From NCBI RefSeq assembly GCF_003918875.1, contig NW_025767172.1, positions 124,001 to 188,000 on the forward strand: a stretch of 64,000 bases of DNA, in the 5' to 3' direction. The position numbers and the translations under genes were made by a program. Every line of letters begins with the position of its first letter. Position 1 is the stretch's first letter. Shown here in pieces: positions 34,301 through 46,669 of the stretch. Source of the stretch: Haliotis rubra (lineage: Eukaryota). The notes beneath the pieces are model-generated. The model saw nothing but the letters and a program-made list of their open reading frames with translations, ran no database searches and had not been told where the DNA came from.

Positions 34301-37300
34301 CTCACTCAACCACTAGCTACCTCCAATCATGAGCATGGTGACGTACGTTTGACAACAGGCGTGGAATGTAACGAGGCCCGGGGCCATCCTCCGGTCCCTG
34401 TGGTACTTCGGTGTGTGCGTCGCGTGGCATGAGACTTGGCAAGAAGCCTCGTCCTCCACGCTGGAGTTCACTTCATGGTACTGGGAGGAGATGTTGAAAA
34501 ATGTCTGTTCGAAGTCAAATTGCTGCTCCACCGTCCTGAAGAACCCAGGGAACCGCTCACTGACCTGGTCTTCGAGGTTCCCAGTGTGCCTGAAGGGAAG
34601 AGCATCCATTTCATATCATTATTGCTATTAATATTAATGTTTATGGACAGGTTACTTCTAAAGAATTTGAAGTTGTATTACAACTTGATGTTCCTTGTTG
34701 AAATAGAGATTGTGCAAACCGTTACTTTGCAGGAAACATTGATGTTCATTGACATTCTTGTTCATAGCCACTTCACGTGAAAGAAAAAAACATCTTATTC
34801 ATAGCCACATCACGTGAAAGAAAAAAACATCTTATTCACAGCCACGTCACGTGAATTGGTGATGGCATAGTCAGTGCACTCAAAGGAGTAATTACAACAT
34901 TTAATCTGCCACGCCTAAATGGTCCTTACTGCAGTATTTCTACAGGTCTCTCCTACAGGTCTCTTCAATGCCTCTCTCATACAAGGACTGTCGTTTACAT
35001 ACCCTTTTGTACATAAACAGACTGACAAATGTACATACACAAATGTTCGTACACTTCGTCCATAGAAGAATTGACAAATATACTTTTCATATGAGGTTTG
35101 ACGTATGTACCAAGGCTTCTCTCCATATAAGCACTGCCACGTGTACTAACATTTGTTTCCATATCAGTATGGTCATATGTGCTTACACTTCCCTCCATAT
35201 AAGGAGTGTCACATGTGCTTACACTTCCTTCCATATAAGGAGTGTCACATGTGCTTACACTTCCTTCCATATAAGGAGCGTCACGTGTGCTTACACTTCC
35301 CTCCATATAAAGGAGAGTGTGCTTACACTTCCTTCCATATAAGGAGTGTCACTTCCATATAAGGAGTGTGCTTACACTTCCCTCCATATAGGAGAGTCAC
35401 GCGTGCTTACACTTCCCTCCATATAAGGAGCGTCACGTTTGCTTACACTTCCTTCCATATAAGGAGCGTCACATGTGTGCTTACACTTCCCTCCATGTAA
35501 GTACTGTCACATGTGCTTACACGTTCCTCCATATAAGGAGCGTCACTGTGCTTACATGTGCTTACCTTCCATATAAGGAGCGTCACATAAGGAGAGTGTG
35601 CTTACACTTCCTCCATATAAGGAGCGTCACATCCATGTGCTTACACTTCCCTCCATGCTAACAAAGTGAGTGTCACAGGAGAGTGCTTGTTCCTCCATAT
35701 AAGGAGCGTCACGTGTGCTTACACTTCCCTCCATATAAGGAGTGTCACATGTGTGCTTACACTTCCCTCCATATAAGGAGTGTCATAATGTGCTTACACT
35801 TCCCTCCATGTAAGTACTGTCACGTGTGCTTACACTTCCTTCCATATAAGGAGCGTCTTCCCAGCGTCACGTGTGCTTACACTTCCCTCCATATAAGGAG
35901 TGTCACATGTGCTTACACTTCCCTCCATGCTTACAAGGAGTGCCACATGTGCCTACACTTCCCTCCATATAAGGAGCGTCACATGTGCTTACACTTCCCC
36001 TCCATGTAAGTACTGTCACGTGTGCTTACACTTCCTTCCATATAAGGAGTGTCACATTTGCTTACACTTACCTCCATATAAGGAGTGTCACATGTGCTTA
36101 CACTTCCCTCCATGTAAGTACTGTCACGTTTGCTTACACTTTCCTCCATATAAGGAGCGTCACATGTGTGCTTACACTTCCCTCCATAAAATGAGGGTCG
36201 AATATGTTTACACTTCCTTCCATATAAGGAGAGTCACGTGTGCTTACACTTCCCTCCATATAAGGAGCGTCACATGTGTGCTTCCACTTCCTCCATATAA
36301 GGAGTGTCACATGTGCTTACACTTTCCTCCATATAAGGAGCGTCACATGTGTGCTTACACTTCCCTCCATAAAATGAGGGTCGAATATGTTTACACTTCC
36401 TTCCATATAAGGAGAGTCACGTGTGCTTACACTTCCCTCCATATAAAGAGCGTCACATGTGCTTACACTTTTTTCCATCTGAGGAACATATATATTCATG
36501 TTTGTATTTTAACATGTGCTTTCACTGCTTTTGTTATGAGGATTGGCATATGTAACACAATGGAGTGACACATGTGCTTACACTTCTCTCCATGTATGGA
36601 TCGACACATGTACCACAGTGACTGACACACGTATTTATACTTGCCTCCATATGCATTGACACATGTCAACAGATTGACAGATGTACTTACACTTTCCTCC
36701 ATATAAGGATCGATATATGATACATTTTCCACAACAGATTGACAGATGTACTTCTACACTTCCTCTCCATATAAGGATTGATACATTTTACCACAACAGT
36801 CATGCAATTTCTACATGTGTTACATGTACTCTCCATATAAGGATTGATACATTTACCACAACAGATTGACAGATGTACTTCTACATGTACTCTCCATATA
36901 AGGATTGATACATTTACCACAACAGATTGACAGATGTACTTCTACATGTACTCTCCATATAAGGATTGATACATTTACCACACAGATTGACTGATGCTTA
37001 CACTGTACTCTCCATAGGATTGATACATTTACCACAACAGATTGACAGATGTACTTGTACATGTACTTCCATATTTCCTACATTTACCACAACAGATTGA
37101 CAGATGTGCTTACACTTTCTCCATATAGGAGGATACATGTGCTTACATTTGTACTCAACAGATCTGATAAGGATTGAGGTCGAATACATGTCCATATACA
37201 CTTCCTTCCATATACAGAGAGACACGATGTACATTTTACACTTCATGTACCTCCATATACCACAAAGATTGAGAGCGTGATACATTTACCACAACAGATT

Positions 37301-39929
37301 GAACATGATTGATGTACTCTCCAGATGTACTTTCTACACTTTCTCCATATGATTGAACATATATACAACATGTTTGTATTTTAAGATGATGTACTTCTAC
37401 ATGTACTCTCCTATAAGGATTGATACATATGAGGATTGGCATATGTACTCTCCATATAAGGATTGATACATTTACCACAACAGATTGACAGATGTACTTC
37501 TACATGTACTCTCCATATAAGGATTGATACATTTACCACAACAGATTGACAGATGTACTTCTACATGTACTCTCCATATAAGGATTGATACATTTACCAC
37601 AACAGATTGACAGATGTACTTCTACTTCTCTCGATATAAGTATTGACACGTGTACCACAATGGATTGGCACATGTACCACAATGGATTGACACATGTACC
37701 GCAATGGATTGACACACGGATTTATACTTCCCTCCTTATAAGGAATAACACATGTACCACAATGGATTGACAAATGTATTGACACTTCTTTTCAGTGTAT
37801 GGATTGACGCGTGTACCACATTGGATTGGCTGGTGTACTTACACTTCTCTCCAAATAAGGACTGCCAAACTGGTTATGGTTATGACACAGCACAACGTCA
37901 CTATGACAATCTGTAAACACGTAGGAAAGCAACATACACTGCAAATGACATTTACTGTACAATTATTTCGGATTGCAGAACAACGAGAATCCAAGATCCA
38001 ATGGGCAAATTGTAAGCCTGAGATTAAAATGGCACATAGTACGGGATGATCACAGAGTCGAATACATGATTTTGATTTAAGCCACAGCAATATCCCAGTT
38101 ATGCTAAGATGCCTGTCTGTTAACCTGACCAGACAAACCAATGGCCGAGAGAATGAGCACCGATAACAAAAGGTATTAGATGTATTCATTTTCAATAATT
38201 ATTCACCGATTCCTACCCATACGCGTGTCGTGCAGCATGTCTGTGTGGGTGTCTTGTCAGATGCAGCTGCCCGAACACCCGGTGTTGTCACTTGGCCCGC
38301 ACTTAGCACTCTGCTTCCTTGCTTGACCATACTGCTGTGGCATTCAGTGTAGGACTGCTGGGTATCCGGAAACGATTAGGAACGTATTATTCTTCTGTGT
38401 GATCTTGCTGAACTAATACCAGACGTATTTAACAAATTCCAGTATTGATTTCTGATTCACAAGGCAAAACAGGTAGGTTGATGCTGTTTCCATGCAAATT
38501 GGTTTTAATTTGTACTGACAAATCTGAAGTCAGATTTATCGAAGATTATTCTAAACTATATTCAAAAACTCGCTCTATCGAAGATTAATCTAAACTCAAT
38601 ATCGAAAAAAACTTCGCTCTTTAAGCAGTGCAGGATACATACTGTCGTTAAAACTCTTCGTGAGACAATTTGTGATCTGAACACGGTTTTTAGAACAAAG
38701 GGGTGTAGGTATATCCCTGTACTTCTATTTTTGTTATCATACAAATACCATTTCAAAATATCTTTTCACTTTAAGAATGATATTGTCATTTTAATGTTCA
38801 GGTCCAAAATCTGAATCATGCTTTTCTGTGTTACCTTCATCGGGGCTCCAGATAAGGGCCGTATCGGCGTATGTACGGATAAAAAATATGCACGATACAG
38901 TAGGAAATAATTTAGAAAATGTAGCAGATACGCACCACAGCAATGGTTTACGGTCTTAGAATCATTTACAGACGTATTTATCTGAAAAAAATGTTGTTTT
39001 ATTGTTAATTGACCTGTTTACACAAGAGTAGCAATGTTGTGGTGCATATATGAAACGAAACAAGATTACTGATAGTCCATTAACTTCCATTCAGTACTCT
39101 AAATGTACACTTAAGGTTTTCCAGTACTCAGTATTGAACAAATAAGGAGTACGTACTCCTGATGTTGAAAAATTATCTGGAGCCCTGCTTCATTTTATGT
39201 TGTAAAACGATAATAACCTCAGCTTGTATTTATGACGGGTGCCACGGGTGGGGCAGGATATGCTCACACCTGTTCGCGAACATCTGTTATCATCACAACT
39301 TGTTGGTGTTTCATAGACTCATGCTCATTATGTAATAGGAAATGTACAATCGACTTTCCTTTTAGCTCAAATTTCTTAAGGATATGGACTGGGTTTTGCC
39401 GATTCCATATAGCGTGGAAACGGTAAGATTAACAATGTGTGAGTGAATTTGGTTTTACGCCGCACTCAATATTCCAGCTATATGGAAACATATATACACA
39501 AAGAACTTAGTCAAGCACCCCCTGACATAATATCACGATTGAATGAGCCCCGATCTTAACCATTTGGAGAATATTTGTACAGACCCTGGCCCAACTGGAA
39601 GCTGCTTTACACGAGGAATAGCAGGATCAGGAGCCTGACAGAGGGTATAAGGAGGAGGGTGCTGGCTGTCATACAGTCACATGGAGGTTACACTCGGTAT
39701 TGTCCTTGAATCGTGTCAGACACGCAAAATGACATTTTAAATGTTTTCATTCGGCAACATTAAACATTCAACATTAAACATAGAGGATAATTCAGCCAGT
39801 ATGTGACTTTGGAATATACAAACGATTTCCTATTCAGCTGTTAAAAGTTACAAAAACGTAAGTGGTCATTTAAGTAGATGATCCGTTCCCTTACCTTAAT
39901 ACAAGGGTTCCTTCAGAGACTGCCAGCAT
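31196..39929 (-). CDS. Spaetzle/neurotrophin-like cystine-knot precursor (multi-exon)
   Basis: Exons 39929-39895, (39634-39611 micro-exon, uncertain), 34589-34347, 32960-32853, 31349-31196, all joined in phase 2. The mature region after RDRR, ...HACCQTITYFKSKSHLLNVYGEKKKIAQFHTVKQFFKFEQCQHVTNFQYGKCIQRY...WVQVPGCCKCINT, parallels the Spaetzle motifs KQxxxxExC, CxQxY and PxCCKC. Confidence 0.8.
31510..32250 (-). mobile_element. Tc1/mariner remnant
   Basis: RRLNVSLSTISRL...TGRPRVTTVAQDRYI. Confidence 0.8.
32545..32735 (+). mobile_element. Tc1 transposase C-terminal remnant
   Basis: WPSHFQDLNSNEHMSDELGR, a degenerate WPxxSPDLNPIEHxW. Confidence 0.7.
32853..32960 (-). CDS. Middle exon of cystine-knot gene
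   Basis: tttgcag acceptor, gtgagt donor; 108 nt, phase 2-2. Confidence 0.88.
34347..34589 (-). CDS. Pro-domain exon of cystine-knot gene
   Basis: HTGNLEDQVSERF...KYHRDRRMAPGLVTFHACCQT; 243 nt, phase 2-2. Confidence 0.85.
35170..36480. repeat. Minisatellite, 36-bp unit
   Basis: acatgtgcttacacttccctccatataaggagtgtc. Confidence 0.95.
36690..37780. repeat. Minisatellite, ~61-bp unit grading into ~20-bp units
   Basis: atttaccacaacagattgacagatgtacttctacatgtactctccatataaggattgatac. Confidence 0.9.
38841..39187. mobile_element. MITE with (c)agggctccagataa TIRs
   Basis: cggggctccagataa ... ttatctggagccctg, flanked by cttcat on both sides. Confidence 0.8.
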
Positions 39930-40371
39930 GTGATCCTTGTACGGATCTGTCTAGTTGGCTGAATATGGGACGGACGAGACCTTCAGCTTCCTGTCATTAA
40001 ATCATTACGTTGTCTACGCTCTCAATCTGACCCTACGCGTGTGACATAGATTCAAATAACAAGGTCAAAACATATTCATTATTTTTCACAATATTGTTTT
40101 CAGGATCGTGGGCATGTACAATTTACTGACAAACGGAAAAACGCATTGCTTGTGTAAAGGATACGCTGAACAGAATGCCTTTGTTTTGTTTGTGGTTTTC
40201 AGTATATCATAGATTTGCCACAGGAGCTTTTAAGTTCTCGAATCTAGACTAGATGCTCTGGTGCTTGAAAGCATATGCAACGTCACAGTGGTCGAGCATC
40301 GTGACCATCTGGCCCACATCATAGTGGGTTCTTACAACTACTATGAGGTTTGATCAGGAATCTGATTAATT

Positions 40372-40624
40372 GACCCGTGAAGATCCGGGTTAGAATATTG
40401 ATCTTCAGTAACCCATGCTTGTCGTAAGAGGTGACTAACGGGATCGGGTGGTCAGACTCGCTGACTTGGTTGACACACGTCATCGGTTCCCAATTGCGTA
40501 GATCAATGCTCATGCTGTTGATCACTGGATTGTCTGGTCCAGACTCGATTACTTACAGACCGCCGCCATATAGCTGGAATATTGCTGAGAGCGGTGTAAA
40601 ACTAAACTCACTCACTCACTCACT
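40372..40624 (+). mobile_element. SINE-like family B (about 250 bp, starts gacccgtgaagatccggg, no intact tRNA head); near-consensus copy
   Basis: About 20 copies: ~2000-2190, 6770-7075, 13226-13435, 17520-18356 (split), 20016-20250, 24227-25016, 25900-26125, 27712-27973, 28824-29076, 30418-30630, 41527-41768, 44358-44596, 53518-53758, 53928-54151, 54703-54948, 60998-61225, 62017-62140. Confidence 0.9.
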
Positions 40625-42914
40625 GATTAATTGGTCTCGAAGGGCTACGTGCCTTGGTCGTGCCAGACCAAGCACAGGGTTTGAGTGCCAGGGGTGTATC
40701 TAAGCTATTTATTATGTTTTGACAATATGTTAATAATGATAATGAGGGCGCCAGGAACCTGTTTGAACCTTTATTGCCTATGCAACATGTTCGATCAAGC
40801 TCGATCGATAGTATTGCGATATGTTTCTCATGCTTATTTTAATCACATAATGATGCCAATGGGGCGATTTGGATATAACACTTATAATCTGATATTTAAT
40901 GATAACGTTGGGATACAGTGAATGAAATATTATCACACAGGTGTTTTAAGTAAAAGTGTTTTCAATACAAAAAGCAGAGTAATCTGATTTATCAGTGAGT
41001 TTGTTTTAAAGCCATTAAGCAATGTTACAGGTATATCACAAGGGGGCGATGCGGTAGTCTAGTGGTTAAAGTGTTAGCTCGTCACACCGGACAACTGGGT
41101 TCAATTTCCCTCATGAGTACAATGTGTGAAGCCCGTTTCTGGTGTCGCCCGCCGTGATATTGCTGAAATAGAGCTACAAGCGGCGTAAAACTAAACCCAC
41201 TCACCCTTTGTAACCACGTGCACCACAGCTGTAATATGACAACGGCCTCTGAACAATAGTCCTCTGATTGACCTTGCCTGTCCTGTGCAGACAATCGAGT
41301 GCCTGCATAATCCTTACCTCACTCAATCAGTAACGTGCTCGGTGATCAAATGTTGAGACGAGGGAGCAATTGTTATGTGTTATTCATTGTGGAACAGTGT
41401 TGTATTTGTACTGCATTGTTTCTGTTAAAATTCAGTAGACAGCAGTGTTCTTGTTACTAAATTAAGACTATAAGTGAAGTTAGGTCTTAAACATTCTAGG
41501 GCATCTGGAATATTCCAGTGTAGTGGGTGATTGAGTGAGTTTAGCTTTACGCCACACTCAGCAATATTCCAGCTATATGACAGTGGTCTGTCTATAATCG
41601 AGTCGGCACCTGACAATCCGGTGATCAACAGCATGAGCATCTATCTACGCAATTGGGATACGATGACATGTGTCAACCAAGTCAGCGAGCCTGACCACCC
41701 GATCCGTTAGTCGCCTCTTACAAGCATGGGTTACTGAAGATCAATTCTAACCCGGATCTTCACGGGTCTATTCCAGTATAGTCTAACGGATAGAGAACGT
41801 ACTGGAGGCTTCTTTAATAACAAACTCGCTAAAGTCTTGCCTCAGTCATATCACAATAACAGAAGACCACCAGTGAAGAGCATTGTTCACCCCGGATTCT
41901 CAGCCTGGGCCTCTTTTTGGAGGCTTGACCACTGCAGCGGGGTGGTGAATATTTTTGTCGATATAATCACTGTATTATTGACTTTTTTGCCATGACCACT
42001 GTTTTATATCACATCATATATTGTACTTCCATTGTAATTTCTTTGTAGTGTAAACTCAGTTCATTTAGAATACAATGGTTATTTGTATATTTCTTTGTTG
42101 TTTGTTGCTTTCCTCCTACATTCTCTGATGTAAACATTTCGGGATAACTCTTTGTTTCAACTCGGTTGGTTGGTTGGTTGGTTGGTTCTTTCCCGCCGCA
42201 CTCCGCAACATTCCAAAATAGCCTTGTGGTTAAAGCGTTGGCTCGTCACGCCGAAGACCCGGGTTCAATTCCACACATGGGTACAATGTGTGAAGCCCAT
42301 TTCAGGTGTTCCCCCTAAAAGCGGTGTAAAATTAAACTCACTCACTCATTTTATGATTAATATATTCGACCCATTTGCCATAATATATTGGACCCATTTG
42401 CCATTTTATTATTGATAGCATGCTAACAGTAGCCGTCCAATGAATCACTGATCGCATGAAAGCTGTGCCAACTTTTATAAATGGTGGCGAGGGGGTGGCA
42501 CCACTGTGAAACTCCCTTCAGACACAATGTACTGACTGAACTCAGCCAGTCTTTGCAAGGCAGGGTACCTAGAAATACCATTATTTATGGTATACTGGTC
42601 TGACACTGTTGAGGGATTGATACTTGCCCTCTGTCCATGCCTGCTAAGGTCGTCTTTAAACATAGAATCATACAGTACATTAAATAATCAAGGATGGATT
42701 TTATGGCACTTTAATCAACATGCCTCCAGTTCGGGCCTTAAGTGAGGTGAGGTGATAAGATGCCTGAACTGATCCACCTCTTCCACAAGGTCAAGGTCAA
42801 GGTCATCAACAACGGCAATATGATCCTAGAAGTCAAAGATGTAGTGTCCAAAAACAACAGTAGGGTAAGTGCCCAGAGATATTTGAGGTTTGTTCCAAAA
42901 GCATCTGGATCTTA

Positions 42915-43255
42915 AGTGAGGTGAAATGGGGTTTAAGGTAGTGCTTCAGAATATTTTGCTCATATGACGACAGGCATGCGTGTGTATGTGTGGCTGCTTG
43001 TACTAGCCCAGACTTAAGCTGTTTTTTATTGCTAACTCACTGAGATACCATGCCGCAGTGAAGCATGAATACCCACTCAGACACATTATACTGACTCCGA
43101 GCCGACCAGTCCTTGTTGTACCCATTAATGCCAAGCACCAGGCAGGGACCAACAAGTACCATATTTTAACGTTTTTTGGTATGATGCGGCCGGGGATCGA
43201 ACCTGCGACCTTCCGCTCCCAGAGGGACGCTCTAACCACTAACCATGGAGGCGGT
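42915..43255 (-). mobile_element. SINE family C copy
   Basis: Reverse complement of 5945-6295. Confidence 0.85.
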
Positions 43256-44858
43256 TGGTCATTTAAATATTTGAATTTGAAAAACAATGACAGGGAGATC
43301 TGAGTACAAATCTGACAATTTATTGTCAACACTCACAGAATGCTTTGAGTAAAGGCGCAGGTTACATACAAAACGATCAAATCCCTCACATTCCCACTGA
43401 ATAATTGTCTCATTCATTTCAAACAAATACACACTGAGAATTAAGTGTTCACAGGCTGTCAATACAAGGTCACCAATTCAAAATAAATTCATAAATCAAC
43501 ATTCACATGATGTCATATTTTAACCTGGGCCTTTTTTTAAATTCAAATACTTCAGGAGTGCAAAATATTTTAATAAATGTAAAACATGATGAAATGGGTG
43601 AAATGTACAAGACACATTTGGGGCCCAAAATATGAAAAACATGAAAATCAGCAGAAACATAGAACTGAAATTACAACATGCCTACAATCCTCTCAAAGAA
43701 ATGTATATATATTTTCAAAGACTTGGACAAAATCTTATCTTGAAAACAAAATAAGGAAAAACTATACATCATGTTCTCCAATATTTTTTTTTTCAAATAA
43801 AATAGTTAACAGTAAAAATAATGTACTTGACAAAAAATGTTTTCACCAAATGAAAAACCAATAAACACTAGACTTGGACATACTGGAAGTCCCAGGAAGT
43901 TTTTTTTTCTTCTCATTTAACATTGCAGTGTTAAACTGTCAATGATTCCTCTAAATACATAGAAAAAAATTGACATGGTACTAATCACAAGGTCATGAAA
44001 CCTTTAATAGAAATATTATAGAAATCTATAGCACTAATGAAATTCACTGTCATGTCTTGAGCGTCTGCCGTTTTGATAGACACTATATTGTTCCTATTTT
44101 CATCAGAGTAATGAGAATCAACACCACCTTGAACTGCCAAAGGACACATAACAAGTTGGACACCCATTGTAATACATAGCATTCACATCTAATCTGACAA
44201 TACCTGGGCAATACATGGCTATCATTTTAAACTGGAGGTCAGAAAACAATACCGCAGTCTCATTCATTACCAAAGCAATGGACGGGTCAGGGACAATAGC
44301 TTTCAGATACCTTTTCTCTGTGGAATTATTCAGTTGAATTTATAGCTCACATACTGTAGTGAGTGAGTTTAGTTTTACGCGGCACTCAGCAATATTCCAG
44401 CTATATGGCAGCAGTCTGTAAATAATCCAGTTAGGACCAGACAATCCAGTGACCAACAGCATTAGCATTGATCTACACAATTGGGATACGATGACATGTG
44501 TCAACCAAGTCAGCGAGCCTGACCACCCGATCCTGTTAAGTCTCCTACAACAAGCATGGGTTACTGAAGATCAATTCTAATTGCGATCTTCATGGTTCGT
44601 CACTTACTGTAAAGTACACTTATAACAAACCCATATTTTAATATACACATATACAGTAAGTGTCTGGTACCTAAAAACACATTTTGCTACATCGGTTAGT
44701 TCCATCAGAATGTTCATAATCATAGTTTATTGTACATTTACACAATGACATCATCAATGATCCTGATTTTGCAGATGTAATTACTGTCAGTCTAATTTCG
44801 CTTTGCACTGAAATGTATGTTTCTTTACCACTTCTATCTCAGAATAATTATGAGTACA

Positions 44859-45022
44859 TATACTCATGGAAACAAATAAGGGAACACATGAAAGTACAAG
44901 TGTTCCTGTATGTCTTTCCAGGTTTCTTCACAAGCTTTGTATTGCACTGTGAGTGAAATTCTGGAAATAAATAAAGGAACACTTGTACTTTCATGTTTTC
45001 CTTATTTGTTTCCATGAGTATA
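44859..45022. mobile_element. MITE, same family as 13030-13192
   Basis: Near-identical sequence and TIRs. Confidence 0.85.
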
Positions 45023-46669
45023 TGAAATAACCTTACCTACAGAACACACTCTTGTAAATGAAACTCATCAGGTTCTTGGCCCAGTGTCTGGTATACACAA
45101 TTCCAATACTGATACCTATGATTCTTCCCCAGAAACCAAACAAAAGCACTCAGTGGCATTCACGGACATAATGCTGGTCAAGTTTGGACACCACGATATT
45201 GCTGTATTTTTGCTGAAAATTCTCAAAGCTATACTCCCTCACTCTATGTCCTGAAATTAGGTTAACAGAAAATTATACCATAATATTTCTCTACTGTTGC
45301 TGAACAAATGCAAAGCTACACTCACTTACTAACTCTACGTCCTGAATTAATGATAACAGAAAATTATACCAAACTGTCCCCAAAAATAGGCAAAGCAAAC
45401 AACTGCTCAAAAAAATATAGCAGTCATGATAAACAATGGCCTTAACTTTTTATATCAATTCCAATCGCACCATTATTGTCAAAAAAGATCTTCCTAGGAA
45501 CGTCATAAGCACTGAGATGAACACAGTGAGTATTATCAGCAGTCAAAACACCACTGCCGATATATTCTCAATACAACTGTGAAAATATGTTAAATATGTT
45601 TTTCTTGAATATTAATCTCACAGCTGTCAGCACTGCTAAAACTAGTATTATTTACAAGCACTGATAGAGTTTCTTTGGAAAAAAGGAGCATTTTGTAATG
45701 TGGAAACGTGCCTTCAGTTCTTGTATTCCTTTAACGAAAATATTTCTTTAAATGTTTGTTGTTCAAGGCCACTTAGAAAACTCTTAGTAATAATACAGTA
45801 ATCTGTGACCAGACAGAACCAGACAATCCAGTGACTAACATCATGAGTATCGATCTATGCTAATGGCATATCAACTGATTCTTCAATCCTGATCACCAAA
45901 TAAGTTGTCACCATGGGTTAAATTTTAGCAAATCATTTTCAAACTTCCTGAATGAATAATGTCGAACATGCATCAAAGAGGGAGTGCACTCATACATCCC
46001 CTCTTAAATTGCATATAATTACATGTGCCATGTCACTGGTCGGTGTTTCACCTTACATATTGTTGAGGTACTACTTATATAATACTGACTGACTGACTGA
46101 GTTTAGTTTTACGCTGCTTTTAGCAATATTCCAGCAATATCACGGCTGGGGACACCAGAAATGGGCTTAACACATTGTGCCCATGTGGATCGGAACGAGC
46201 AAACGCTTTAACTACTAGGCTACCCCACCGCCCCTACTTATATAATAATAAATATATAATAAAGTATTGATATCAACAGGATACAGTCTGGTGTGCCTCA
46301 CACAAAACACATCTAACAACTGATTAAACAATCAGTACATTGTCCACGACCTGATGGCATGACATTGCTTGCATCTATTTTTAGATGTAATGTGGGAATT
46401 ACTGATTACAAATTATAGTGAACACATAAAAATGTGTCGCCTCAAAGTAGACTTCTTGTGATTAACTCAGACCTTCAAATCAACTACTCCTCGGTAATCT
46501 ACTGAACTAGGGAGATTTTGAGTGTTTTGCTTAACACCACCGTGGCAATATTCTGGATGTACACTACACACTCCAGTTACTGAAATTATGAGCAAATGAT
46601 CTCTGCTGTACATGTACGCTGGGACCAAGCTGGGAACACCATGCTGGAAACACTATAGTATGTACAAGA

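Noticed and set aside
34968-37785. Many Cys/His-rich ORFs (for example 35900-36568, 222 aa)
   Set aside because: Translations of the 36-bp and 61-bp minisatellites; no splice or domain support.
38207-38360. Extra exon of the cystine-knot gene (QSYTECH...QTCCTT resembles ACCQT)
   Set aside because: The open frame is not phase-compatible with the flanking phase-2 exons and the other frames have stops; at most a relic.
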